This document shows, piece by piece, positions 38,981-53,624 of a stretch of DNA of 64,000 bases. The notes beneath the pieces were generated by a model, which did no database searches, was not told where the DNA came from, and saw nothing but the letters and a program-made list of their open reading frames with translations. The first letter of the stretch is position 1, and the number at the start of each line of letters is the position of its first letter. Position numbers and translations under genes: made by a program. Origin of the DNA: Octopus sinensis (Eukaryota); NCBI RefSeq assembly GCF_006345805.1, contig NC_042997.1, positions 66,526,001-66,590,000 on the forward strand, written 5' to 3'.

Positions 38981-39139
38981 TCAAGTTTGAGAGTTTGATT
39001 GAAATGACAGTCTAAGGAAATCAACATCAATGTCAACAGATTTCTTTTTATGGCATTTGAATGTGTTTTCAATGTTGAAACGAAGTTGGGCAACAATTTC
39101 AAGGTTCACCTGCCACTCAGCAGCTTTTTTCTTGATGAA
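38981..39139 (-). CDS. METTL5: METTL5 terminal coding exon (FIKKKAAEWQVNLEIVAQLRFNIENTFKCHKKKSVDIDVDFLRLSFQSNSQT*), 159 nt
   Basis: Matches the METTL5 C-terminus (KKAAEW, HKKKSVDI.VD). Acceptor tttatttgcag|TTC, TGA at 38983-38981. Total CDS 663 nt = 220 aa. Confidence 0.95.
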   Translation of the reverse strand, partial: FIKKKAAEWQVNLEIVAQLRFNIENTFKCHKKKSVDIDVDFLRLSFQSNSQT

Positions 39140-39213
39140 CTGCAAATAAATGGATGGCATATGATGAATTGGTTTAGAAAATTTACAAAGGAAGATATGT
39201 TTTAGAGTATGTA

Positions 39214-39248
<35 letters not shown>

Positions 39249-40091
39249 AAGAAAGAGAGTAGAGAGAAGCTGTAAGACAACACATGTAAAAAACATAAAA
39301 ACAATTTGAAAGAAATAGAACATGTATGCAATGTGGTGGCTAGTCTTCAATCCAGGTCATAAATTACATATATACAAAGACATGAATGCAAAGACACACA
39401 CAAATATATATCATCATTATCATTGTTTTATATCTGCTCTTCCATGCAGTCATGAGTTGAACAGGTTTTCTGAAGCAGTTATATGACTAAATATTTTTCT
39501 CTTTGGTATATATATACACTATGTGTGTATAATGACTAATGCATACATTTCCATAATTCTCAACTGATTTTCACCAAACTTTACTCACACATTACTTATG
39601 TTCCAAGAATAGTCATGCACTAAACATTTTGCCCAGAGCTCCCATGTAAATGGATATAGTTTTTTTTTGTATGTAAAGTCTTCCATACACTTTTAATCTT
39701 TTTATAAAAGTGAAAGGATTTTGTCTATTTATTTATTTAGACAGTGATTAAAATGACTAGGAACACTGTACACGATGAATATCCAATACCAAACAATCTT
39801 AATCTCCATATTTAAACTGCATTAAACTTTGGCAAGCTTACCTTTATCTATTCTGAGTTACTTAAAAGGTGATATTCCCTTCCCTCTCTTTTATTTGTTG
39901 ATACCTTTGTTTACCTACCAATGCGTTATTTCACTTTAAGGATGCTTATTTACCCATCCATTATGATAGTTTGACTGTTGTCCATGGTTTCAAATGCATT
40001 TTAGCATTATCATTCTAGCTTTTTTTTTAAGCAATAACATATGATTTGTCCCAAAGAATCAACCTTTAAATAAGAGTTTTCCTTACACTAC

Positions 40092-40466
40092 TCTTTTATT
40101 TTTTCAGTCATTTGACTGTGGCCATGCTGGAGCACCGCCTTTAGTCAAGCAAATCGACCCCAGGACTTATTCTTTGTAAGCCTAGTACTTATTCTATCAG
40201 TCTCTTTTGCTGAACTGCTAAGTTATGGGGACGTAAACACACCAGTTGTCAAGCAATGTTGGGGGGACAAACACAGACACCCAAACATATACACACACAT
40301 ACATATATACGATGGGCTTCTTTCAGTTTCAGTCTGCCAAATCCACTTACAAGGCTTTGGTTGGCCCGAGGCTATAGTAGAAGACACTTGCCCAAGGTGC
40401 CACGCAGTAGGACTGAACCTGGAACCATGTGGTTTGTAAGGAAGCTACTTACCACACAGCCACTCC
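40092..40466 (-). mobile_element. tRNA-derived SINE family A. Other copies at about 5731-6105(-), 10668-10780(+), 13279-13707(-), 17545-17905(+), 23716-23900(+), 32635-33040(-), 41330-41735(-), 42640-43420(+, split), 47225-47440(+), 48240-48632(+), 53625-53960(+), 61771-62146(+)
   Basis: Pol III A-box-like GGCTGTGTGGTAAG and B-box-like GGTTCAGTCCC head, central microsatellite, conserved 3' end ccagcatggccacagtcaaatgactgaaacaagtaaaaga. Confidence 0.85.
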
Positions 40467-40968
40467 AGTGAAAGCTATATACATATTTCAGAAAGCTCCA
40501 TACCAATTTAACTTTATGTGTAGGCTATATGGGAAGACAGAATAAAGGGGATTTTGTTAGCTTATCTTTCTGAAAAAATAGTTCCCTTTGCTGATGAAAA
40601 AAATAAACTCACAAAGGGGAAGTTTCAACATCTTCCTTCAGTTTCTTTACACCATTTATGTGGCTGTTTTTGACAAGAAATTTTGCTTTCATGTAAAATG
40701 AGTATATTTTGTAGTCATTATCCATAATCTACTCCCAAAACACTTTAGTAGCTCTACTTTGCATTGCTTGCAAACTTATACATGTTATGATCATTAAAGT
40801 GCAATGACCTCCACAATAATCAGCCTTCAATTTCATTTTCTGTTCCTAGGTTAATTGGAAACATAGATTGCCGTGCTACTCATAAACCTTCTCAGTAGTT
40901 CAATTATTTGGTGACAAAAATACCACCAAACCAATTTAAATTGTCCAAAGGACGAGTGCATTTGCTAG

Positions 40969-41005
<37 letters not shown>

Positions 41006-42603
41006 ACAGATATATATCAAAGAGCATTTAGTCATATAGCACTGCCTATTATACGTAAACTGGCATTCCATCAGTCATGACGATGAATGTTCCAGTTTGC
41101 TTGTGAAGTTAATGTGCAAGTGACTGAGTACTCCACAGATATGCGTACCCTTAATGTAGTTCTCAGGAAAGTTCAGTATGACACAGAATGTGACAAGGTT
41201 GGCCATCACTTTTGCCAGCTGAGTGGACTGGAGAAACGTGAAATAAAGTGTCTTGTTCAAAAATGCAGCTTGCCACCTGGAATCAAATACCCGATCCACT
41301 AAGACATGCACTTTCACACACACATTCTTTCTTTTACTTGTTTCAGTCATTAGACTGCCACCATACTGGGGCACCAACTTGAAGAATTTTAATTGAATGG
41401 GTTGATAACAGTATTTGGGGGGTTTTTTGTTTGTTTTTAAGCCTGGTTCTTCTTCTATAGGTCTCTTTTGCTGAACTACTAAGTTACAGCGACATAAACA
41501 CACCACACTAGTTGTCGAGAGGTGTGGGGAGGGGGAGAAACACACACACACACACACACATACATGGACTTCTTCTGGTTTCCATCTACTAAATTCATTT
41601 ACAAGGCTTTAATCAGTTCAGGGCTTTAATACTTACCCAAAGTGACACAGGGCTTACCCAAAGTGACACAGTGAGGCTGAACCCAGAACTATGTGATTGG
41701 GAAGCAAATGTCTTATCACATAGCCACACCTGCACCATGTGTGTATGTATGTGTGTGTGTGTGTGTGAGAGAATAGTAGAAAAAATTTCAATAAAAATAC
41801 ATATAGATTTCATATCAGTTTTGACAATCACTATTCCAGTTCTTCAATCCACAGACATCAGTCACCTTCATGTAACCTTCAGGCACAAAAATAATGACGC
41901 TTTGTGACAAGACAGGATCCTTGACTTGCACTTCATTCTTTTGATTTTTACACAGTTTTCCTCAATCCAATTTCACTGACAAGGCTTAAAGGGACCCAAG
42001 ACTATGTTAGAATACCTCCCTAAGGTTCTGCATAGTTGGACTGAACTTAGGACATCATGATTGTGAAGCTAGTTTCTTAATTATTCAACTATTCCCAACA
42101 GCTAGTCATGGTTGAACAGATAAGAATTTAATTTTAACAACATTCCATGATATGTTGGCATCTTGGGCAATGTAGCATCTTCTAGACTAATTCAGGTTGT
42201 GTGTGGAATTTGGTGGACAGAATATGTGACCTGTGTAGATCTCCTTCTTGTTACCAACCCTCACCAGTTTCCAAGTAAGGTAATATTTCCCAAGGGCTGG
42301 ACATGTTTCCATGAAAGATTGGAAATGAAGGACGCTGCTTGTGCGATGGTGACATTTGTTTACAACAACTATATGATGTCAAGACAAGGAGACATCAACT
42401 CACACACACACACATAAATATTAATGTTTGTTTTTATGCTCAGTTATAATAAAAACGATTTTACATTAATCTGATGGGTTACTCTGTACTTTTGTAGAAT
42501 TTAAATTTATTATTCTTATACAAGAATGTGGTGTGCAGAGACTTCAAAGTTTCGACTAGCAGTCTAACTACAGTTTAGCTGGCCAAAGCTCCAGAGTCAC
42601 ATC

Positions 42604-42641
<38 letters not shown>

Positions 42642-42794
42642 CGTGGCAAGAAGTTTGCATCCCAACCATATCGTTTCAGGTTCAGTCCTACTGCATGACA
42701 CCTCAGGCAAGTGTCTTTTACTATAGCCTCAGACCAACCGAAGCCTTGTGAGTGGACTTGGTAGACAGGAACTGAAAGAAGCCTACCCTATATA

Positions 42795-42855
<61 letters not shown>

Positions 42856-43467
42856 AATGATGATGTATATATATATATATATATCTTTCGTTTTTAGATT
42901 TGGTTTGCAAGATTCTTTATATGAGTTCGTGTGTTGAAGCATATTCTGTTCTGTCTGGAGAGAGTCATTTTCTTTTTGTGCCTTATAATGTAACACACGT
43001 CTTGCAACCTTTTCAATAGTCTTGACTATTAAAAAGGTTGCAAGATGCAACGAAAATTTTAGGAAAATAAAAATAGGAAATAAGTGGAAATTTTACCAGT
43101 GAGTGTGTTAAATTATAAGGCACAAAAAGAAAATGACTCTCCCCAGACACAACAGTATATATATTTATGTATATATAAATGCATGAGTGGATTTGGTAGA
43201 TGGAAATTGAAAGAAGCTTGCTGTATATATATGTGTGTGTGTGTCTGTGCTTGTCCTCCATCACTGCTTGACAACCAGTGTCGGTGTGTTTTGTTCCCAT
43301 ACCTTTGTGGTTCAGCAAAAGAGTATGATAGAATAAGTACTAGGCTTAAAAAGTAAATTTTGTTCTACTAAAACCCTTCAAGGCAGTGCTCCAGGATGGC
43401 TGCAGTTGAATGACTGAAAGAAGTAAAAGAATAAAATAATGTATGTTTGTATATATATATATATGTG

Positions 43468-43508
<41 letters not shown>

Positions 43509-44331
43509 AAAGACACTTGCCCAAGGTACCATGCAGTGGGACTGCATATCTCTTATTATAAAAGGCAGATTTTATCTGCCTCCCTTTGTAAGTTATAGAA
43601 ATCTACAATATAGGATTTCTTCAATTACAATTTACCTAGCATTTTTAAGAGTAGAATGCATCGGGTCATGCCAGGTCCAGTTTTTAAAATTGAAACTCCA
43701 ATTAAGCAAAATTTACAGAAAACTCACATTCTGGTGTGTATGTCAAATGCTTTTCTTAGTCTGGTTTACAGCACACGCAAACGCACACACACAGTGTGCA
43801 ACGAATAAAGTGAAACTAGATGTAATATTTGTTTCTGTCTATCACGCTGATAGATACATGAGTAAAATGTATGGGAAGCTAACAGATAAGAGTGAGTGAA
43901 AATGTTCTTGGAAGAGAGTAAATTAGCGACAGAGTGATTTGAGGAAGACTAAACTGAAAGTATGAAACAGTGTTTATGTATAAACAGACGAGACTTATAT
44001 AAACCCTTTCATTATCAAACCGCCCGAATTTACCTATTCATATTTAAATGAGAATATCAGAGTAAATCTCTTTAGTACATTCGTGAAAACACGTATTATA
44101 CTTCGTAAACACTTCAAATACAGTTTTGTACAAAAATCGAAATGTAATTTTAATTCCGTGAATTATGGGAGATTTTTTTCCCGAAATTTGTTCCTATTGT
44201 GTTTTCAAAATTTGTAATTCTGACAAAAAATGGATACGAATTTCATTATATCAAGCAGCGAGTCAGAATTCGAAGGATTTTCTACTGAAGACCTTCATAA
44301 ATCTAACTCTATGACTGAAAAAAAAAAAGCA

Positions 44332-44727
44332 TCTTTATATAAGAGTGAAGTTGTGTGTCTGTCCCCTTCGATTTAGATTCGTAACTACTCCCACATTTTG
44401 CGGTGCAGTTTAACCAAAAGCGGGTATCTTATAGTCGTGATTCATATCGAGCCCTTCTGGGTATTAGCGAACGTCTACGATGAGTCTACGATTTAAAAAA
44501 AATTTACCATCATATTTTTCCATTTTAATGCATTTTTTTCGCTTTTATATAAGGGAAGTAACTCTCTAAAAATATCTACGATGTGTCAACGATTTAAAAA
44601 AAAAATTTACCTTAATTTTTTTTCAATTTTCAATGCATTTTTTTGCTATTTTTTGGCTATAACTCTCTAAAAATGCTTATATAGTTATTTCCCTTACAAC
44701 CCGAGCAACGCCGGGCGATACTGCTAG
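44332..44727 (+). mobile_element. Non-autonomous Helitron in METTL5 intron 4
   Basis: A|TC...subterminal hairpin CCCGAGCAACGCCGGG...CTAG|T: canonical Helitron ends at an AT target. Confidence 0.8.
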
Positions 44728-47594
44728 TGAAGCAATAAAAAAATATTTGGTAGTATCTGCATTGTTCAGACACCACTATGTTACACACATCGTTGTTAAT
44801 GCAGTGAACCAGTGATGAGATCAAAGGAAACCAATAAGCATACACTATTCTTTAAAAAAGGTAATATTTTTTTAAAAAGGGATATAAATAAAGGTACTGA
44901 TAGAAATAATGCTGGATGTCTTTGGTGCACATCGCATTACCACAAGGCAAGTTGTAACAAAATCATCACCTAACATGGATGGCAGAACTGCGAGAAATAG
45001 CAGCTACATCGTCCACAGAATTCATATTATAGTTAACACACCACACCATCAAAACCCCGCGTATTGCCTTCTCGTTCTACCTATTCTGTCTCTTCTCTCT
45101 TTAATGAATTACTTTAATACCTTCACCCAACCAAACCCACCACAAACCGCCTCCCATTATCCCTACTATGTCTCACCGTTCAGATCTACCACTGACCATT
45201 TCTTCCAAGTCTCTTCATGTACACACAGTTCCTGCAGACGAACAATGTAAACTACATCGATTTCATCAATCCTCGGAGTTTTTAGTGAGATAATTAGATG
45301 AAGAAAGCAGCATATTACCCATAAAATATTTTTAAAAAATAATTCCGCCATATTTAATTGAACAAGGGAAAAAAACTCTCATTCATATTTACAGAGTTTC
45401 TTCCCCTGATTAAGCTTGCAAGGGAAATTGATGCCAATATTGCTGACAATGAATCAATGGAGATTCCAAGCCAGTGATGCATATCCTATTGTAACTAAAT
45501 GCCCCTTTTATATAATGGCAATTTACGAACACTCCCGTACCATATCATATTTTGCCAAATCCATAAAATAAAAATAGATTATTTTAAACAAAAAAGCTTA
45601 TTTTGCACAGTGGTTTATTATCCCTATTTTCTTACACCTCTTATACCATCCAGCACATGCCCTTGTTTTGAATTTGCATGAACTTCTTAACCACACAAAG
45701 ATTCATATAATGAAACTATTTTGCACTATGGCATATCAATTATTGTTTCTGCTCACCAATAATGCAATGGCCTATTTATACTCAATTTTTTTTTAAAGTG
45801 TTTTATACCTTGATTAAATATTTAATTTCTAAGAAACTTTTTTAAATAATCATACTTTATATATTTATACATCTATCTATTAATACAATATTATTTTGGG
45901 CATATATCTTCTGTGTTGATTTTTTAATGTAATTTTCCTACTCTTATTTTATAATATATCATCATCATCGTTCAACGTCCACTTTCCATGCTGGCATGGG
46001 TTGGACGCTTTGACTTAGGACTGGTGAGCCAGAGGCTGCACCAGACTCAATCTGATCTGGCCTGGTGCAGCCACTGGCTCACCAGTCCTCAGTCAAACCG
46101 TCCAATATAATATATATATTCTTTCTCTTATTCTTTTATTTGTTTCAGTCATTTGACTGTGGCCATGCTCGAGCACCGCCTTTAGTCGAACAAACTGACC
46201 CAAGGACTTTAATAAAATGACTTTATATTAAATAAATAAAATTAAATTAATATTGAATAGAATATAATTACAAGTAGCATTTGCCTTTTCTGAACAGCCT
46301 TACTACAGACTTCATAAAGACAAAGCCACAAATAATCACATATTTACTATAAAATTTATTAGTTCATATATGAGTAGTGTCCCTTTTAATATGACGCAAA
46401 AATTGGTAAAAATTTGAGAATTAAAATTAAATAATAATGAGTTCATATATGAGTAGTGTCCCTTTAATATCACGCAAAAATTGATAAAAATTTGAGAAAT
46501 AAAATTAAATATCTTTTTTTCTAATGGATAAAATTTGACAAATCCTTTACCAATATATTCCTTTAACATTTCTCTTTCATATTAATATCAATATAATAAT
46601 TCTTAATCAAAATTAAAAGAACGGTGTGGATTCAAAGTGTCGATGACGAGCATTACTACCCGTCAATCACCCAGTTTTGTCTATACATTTTTTCTCTTAA
46701 CTTTTGTTCTACTGTACCAGATTTTAAGTATTTTATGTCTAAATGTAGCTTATTACTATTGAAATATAATTCAAAAAACTAAATTTGATTTCGATTAAAA
46801 CTGAATTAGTGATACTGCCTGGAAGACTCCGACTGTGACGAAAATACTACATTAAGAATATTATTCAACCACTGCCGTGGTTGAATGATATATACATATA
46901 TATTTCAGACAAAATGACAAAAGACAGATGTTTGGAGTTTTGCTGTACTCAAAAAGACCTGTACTCCATAGCAGAAGTGTTAAGACTAGTCCCTCTGGTG
47001 GTGTAAAGCCATTGTAGTGGTGCCACGTAAAAGCAACCAGTACACTCTGTAAAGTGGTTACTGTTAGGAAGGGCATCTGGCCGTAGAAACCATGCCAAAT
47101 CAGACTGGAGTCTTGTGCATCCCCTGCAGCGTGCCAGCTCTGGTCAAACCATACTACCCAGGCCAGCATGGACAGCAGATGTCGAATGATGATGATGACA
47201 CACTGTTTACTATGGAACATGAATGCATGGGTGTGTTTGTTCTCTACAACTACTTGACAACCGGTGTTGGTGTGTTTACATCTCCGTAACTTAGCGGTTA
47301 GCAAAAGAGAATAATAAAAGAAGTACCAGGCTTTAAAAAAAAGTACTGGGGTCAACCCATGAGACTAAAAATTCCTCAAGGTGGTGACCCACCATGGCCG
47401 CAGTCTAATGACTGGAACAAATAAAACAAGTAAAAGATAAAAATTATAGATATTTCTAATTCTCTAATAGCAGTGCCTCAGCTTGGTCACAGCTTTGGGC
47501 TGGAACATGTATAGGAACGAAGGGACATAATCACAACAAAACTCAAGGAAAAAGTGAAGATAGCTAAAACATAAACAAAACAATACCAACTTAC

Positions 47595-47677
47595 TTCCCT
47601 TGTACTAGATTTATGAAGAGAGTACACGGCATCAGTGGCTAACGCTAACCCAGTCTTCAGAAATATCATATCTAATC
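47595..47677 (-). CDS. METTL5: METTL5 coding exon 4 (GLDMIFLKTGLALATDAVYSLHKSSTRE), 83 nt
   Basis: Contains the conserved AVYSLHKSSTRE. Acceptor ttttcttctag|GA, donor GAA|GTAAGT (phase 0). Confidence 0.96.
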
Positions 47678-49057
47678 CTAGAAGAAAAGAAAAACGTCAA
47701 ATTAATAAAAGATCGCTGACCATATCGTTAGTCATTAGGTGTATTGGTTATTTACCAGAACACTCAATCTTTGGTCTTTTCACATACCACTAACGATTAT
47801 CACGCGTTTTCCAGCCTAGTCGGGGACTTTTATTGTTTGTTCAACTGGCTAGAAATAGCAGTCAGCGACTATGTCTCTTTTAAATCACAAACTATCATCT
47901 TAAAAAAGAAAAGAAAAAGAGTTAAGGAAATCCTAGATACGCCGTCTTAAAAAAGGCAGATTAGGACAGCTAGAACAGCATCATCATCGTCATCATCATC
48001 ATCATCGCTTAATGCGAAGACAGTTTTGGCAAGGTTTTTAGTTGGATGCCCTTCCAAACGCCAACCACTTTACAGTGTGGACTGGGTGCTTTAAGTGGCA
48101 CCTGCACTGACAGTGTCACCAAGTACTTGCAAAACAAAAAATTTTCAACTACTTAGGTGAAATTATAAATTGAAAATGGTTTATTACTGAACTTACTATA
48201 AAGCATATTTTTTTTGCAATTTTTTTTCATTCAACATCAGGTGTAGGCACAGTAAAAAGTTTGCTTCCCAACTATATGGTTGCAAGTTCAGTCCCACTGC
48301 AAGGCACCTTGGGCAAGTGTCTTCTACTCTAGCCCTGAGTTAACCAAAGTCATATGAGTAGATTTTGTAGACAGGAAACGAAAGAAGATTCATTTCATGT
48401 ATCTGTATACATATCTAAGTATGTGTGTCTTTGTGTTTTTGTCCCCTCCCCCCACACAACAACTGGTGCTGGTTTGTTTACATGCCTGTAACTTAGCAGA
48501 TTGGCAAAACAAGACTGATTAAGTAAGTACCAGGCTTTAAGATGTAAGTTCTGGGGTCAATCTGTTTGACTAAACCCTTCAGGGCAATGCACCAGCATGG
48601 CCACAGCCAATGATTGAAACAAGCAAAAGATAAAAGATAAGACAAAGATCACTGTTTTACTTAATCATAGAATAAAGTGATTTGTGTAGAGGCATTAAAG
48701 TGACAGCTTGAGGGGAAAAGAGCAGCAGGGTGCCCTAAAACCACATGGTGAAGGACCATTGACAAGGAAAGGAGATAAGAAGAGTGTAAAAGCTGGAATG
48801 AGACCAGAACAGTGGTTGGAGAGATCATGCCTTATGTGGCACAGAGAGAACTGTCTAACTGTATATGTATTTTGTCACTGATCCTGTTGATGTCTGTTGT
48901 CGTCTCAGTATATGTATGTATGTATGCATGTATGTATATATATATATATATATACACACACATAATTAATAATATCAGGGTAATAAAGATTTTAGAAATT
49001 TTTATTACCTGTGGCTTAGCGTGTAGAAAAATTAGTCAATAGACTACATATTATTCA

Positions 49058-49310
49058 TATAAATACAGTGTACATTTAAATACATAAGAGGTATCTGTCA
49101 TAAGATTCCTTTCACACTAGAAAGAACAGCTAAAGTCCAAACCACTATTAAGGATAAAAACTCAAAAGGAATGAAAAATAAAAACATTTACCATCTAGAT
49201 GGTAAATGTTTTTATTTTTTATTTTTCATTCCCTTTAGCTGTTCTTTCTAGCATGAAAGGAATCCTATGATGGATACCTCTTATGTGTTTAAATGTACAC
49301 TGTATTTATA
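49058..49310. mobile_element. Palindromic foldback, probably a Tc1/mariner-type MITE (TA|CAGTGTAC...GTACACTG|TA), in METTL5 intron 3
   Basis: Outer arms 49058-49135 and ~49233-49310 differ at 6 positions. Inner palindrome centred at 49196/49197 with no spacer. Confidence 0.8.
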
Positions 49311-49771
49311 TACATATATATATATATTACACTCTCGGAGTAGCTGGTGTTAGGAAGGGCATCCAGCTGTAGAAACTCTGCCAGATCAAGATTGGAGCCT
49401 GGTGCAGCCATCTGGTTCGCCAGTCCTCAGTCAAATCATCCAACCCATGCTAGCATGGAAAGCAGACATTAAACGATGATGATGATATATACTGAGACAT
49501 CAACAGGATCAGTGACAAAATAAGATGTAGATGCTGAAATTGGATTGGACATGTCCTCAAATGAGATTGAGAAAGTGAATGTGTGGAGGAAGTGGCTGCT
49601 TGAAGAGAAAAGAGCAGCACGGCACCCTAAAACCACATGGCAAAGAACCATTGAAAAGGAAAGGAGATGAGAAGGATGGAGAAGCTGGAATGAGACCAGG
49701 AGAGTGACAGTAGACAGCTGGTTGATAGATCATATTGTGACCCTACATGCCCCATGACACGGAGAGCACTA

Positions 49772-50125
<354 letters not shown>

Positions 50126-51766
50126 CTAACATGGTGGAGATGAAGGCTATTGTTAGAGAAGTTGTTGATGCCACATAAAAAGTACTGGTGCTAGTGCCAT
50201 GTAAAAAGCACTGGTGCTGGTGCCACATAAAACTCCCAGTATACTCTGTGGAGCGGTTAGCATTACAAAGGGCACCCATCTGGAGAAACCAACTAAAATA
50301 AAACTATGGAACCCGATATGGCCCTTGGCCTTACCAGTTCCTGTCAAGCAGTCCAACCCATGGAAGACAGATGTTAAATGATGATGATGATGATGATGAA
50401 ATTTTCAGTTGCTGAGTCACTGAGTGAGTCTTTATGTGGTGTTCTCAGTGTTAGAAATAGCAGCATCTACATGGCCACATAACCTGTAAGAAGTGACAGT
50501 CAAATCTCCCTCAAATTACACCCTATAATCTTGAAAAAGGAGGAACAGATTGAATAATGTGATTCTCAATACTTTATTCCTGAAAACAAGATTGGATGGT
50601 CACATCTGGAATGCCTTAGATCATATGTCTACTTGATCTGAGTTGATGTTAGACAACATAACTCAACAACAACAAAAACAACAACAGGATACACTGGATA
50701 TCAGACAGAATACACACGTGCAGCCTGTCACATTGCATTCCATGTTGTGAACCACTGTATGTCACAATCAAAGCAAAGCTGGAACTATGAAACACATGTA
50801 CTGAGGTAGAAGCTTATTTTGATGCAGAACTTTTGATACATTTCCCAAACTTGCAGAACCCATAACTATATTTTCCAGATAATCACTGCCACTCTAATTT
50901 TCACAAAACATTAAATGAAAATAAAAATTGATGCAGAAAGAATATTTATATACCTATCATATAAATGAGAATGTATATATGCATATGTCACCAAAAAGTT
51001 CCAAAGTGGTGTGTCCTAGAGGACACACAGAGTACAATGCAAGTGGCAGTACTGTAAAAGTTAATGAGCGTTTCCTTAGCTTACAGCATTGAATTTGGTC
51101 CATAAAAAAAGATGTATAGAGTAAAATTACCCTGATTTATACTCTTCCACCAACTCAACAGTGGACTTCAAACTAACTGTAGCTATTATTGAAAAGTGAA
51201 AACAACTTGATAGTATATTCCATTCTTTTGCTAGTTGCTTTAGAAACTGATGTAGTCATGAGTAGATATAGATAATCTTTGAGCTACCCAGCATGTGACA
51301 GCTGAAGAACAAAAGAACAATGTGAAATGAAGTGCTTTGTTCAAGGAAACTTCTTCAAAATACATGAACTGGTGTAGAACTAAAATTATAAAATATAAAA
51401 GTAAAATAATATAATTAATATATATGTATTGATATATAATATAAAAATATACACACATACCAATCCTATTCAGTTCTAACCTTTTAGCATCCAAATTACT
51501 CTGTCAAATACAATGGTTACTTATTCACATTGTTTTGAATTAATTATGTCTTATCTTGAAGCTTCAAAATTTCAGTGCTGTGATTGCATATTCTTAGAAT
51601 GACCTATTTATAACTTAATCTGGAGTAAAATGATTGGCATTGCATTAATCAACTATACTTATTTTTCCAAAACCATCCAACCCATGTCAGCATGGAAAAC
51701 AGTCGTTAAATGATGATGATGATGATGATGAGGTGAGGCTTATACCTGTTATAAACTCAATATTTA

Positions 51767-51907
<141 letters not shown>

Positions 51908-53444
51908 TCAGATAATTACAAGATCAAAGGGAGAAGATGAGGGAAGGGGATGATAAATTACTAAGTTGATTCTAAAAAGTATTAAGACTAGATGCAAACA
52001 TAACCATCGGGTTGAGAATTTTACTTCTAAATTATATGGCTTTGGATTCAGTCTCACTGTGCAGCACCTTGGGTGTCTTCTATTACATCCCTAAGCCACT
52101 AACTAATACCTTATGAAGTAATTTAGTAATGGAAATTGAAAGATACCTGTCATGTGTGTGTGTGTACTCATTCAGTTGTTCATTTGTTTTTAGTCGATTT
52201 TATTTTCAAACAAGAATCAGTTGGATCATCATTATCATTATTTTATGTCCATCTTCCATGGGTTGGATGGCTTGACAGGAACTGCACCAGGTTCCTTAGT
52301 CTGCTTTGGTTTGGTTTCTACAGCTGAATGTCCTTCCTATTGCCAACCACTTCTCAGAATGTACTGGGTGCTTTTGACATGACACCTTCACCAGTGTATT
52401 TTACATGGCACCAGTATTATTGAGTCATAGCTTCACAGCCTGATGCATTTCCTGTCACTAACCTTTATCTATGTTTGAAGTAAGAGATCTATTTCACACA
52501 TCTTCAGAGGTGCAAAGTGAGCAAGCAATTTGTTGACAAAAGTGATAAGAACACTGCTTGCAGTGAGTGGCTTTTGTAGACCCCAAATGTTAACAAACAT
52601 GCAGGCACACATACACATATATCAGGTGACTTCGTTTAGCTTCTATTTACCAAATTCATTCATTGGATTTGGTTGTCCACGTGCTATAGTAGAAGACACA
52701 GTATATTACCTCCAAGGATCTTCCTGGGCATTTTAGATCTATCTCCAGTGTAATTCAGTGTTTATTGCTCTTACACATCTGTCACAAAGTCTACTTTCTC
52801 TATCAATTTTCCTGTGATTCCATTGCACCTCTTGCATATCCATAGTTTGCACTAGATACACAGTATGGAGTTATTCTGCATATTGAACAGAGCCATTTTT
52901 TGATGGGAAAAACATACTGTTTTGAATCTTATAAGAATTTTGGTCTTTTCTAAGTTAACTCTTTGATTTCAGGTTTTACTTCCACACATTAAATATCTTT
53001 TCTAATTCTACTACAGATTCAGCTATAAGAACAAGATCATCAGCATCAAGGAGTTACCATGGACAACCAGTCTCAAACTTACCAGTTATGACCTGGAGTA
53101 CAATAACAAATAGGAGGGGGTGGGGAGCCAAGCAATGGTGAACTCCAGCATGCACATCAAATTTCATCATTGTATTCAATAATTCTCATCTCACTGAAAG
53201 CATCCTTGTACATAGCTTGGACAGTTGTCACCAGCCATTCATCTGCTCCTAGCTTCTGCAACAACTACCAGATCAGGGAGTAACAGACCGTCAAAGACTT
53301 TCTCCAAATCGATGAAGGTCCCAAAAGGATGAAAGGCAAAGTTGACCTCAGCAGAATTTGAACACAGAATTAAGACAGACAAAATGCCACTAAATATTTT
53401 GCCCAATGTGCTAATAATTCTGCCACCTCACCACCTTTCTTTTA

Positions 53445-53624
<180 letters not shown>

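Noticed and set aside
46365-46510. Short local tandem duplications (about 70 bp here; also 37355-37420, 41630-41670, 62450-62500)
   Set aside because: Ordinary slippage-type duplications with no further structure.
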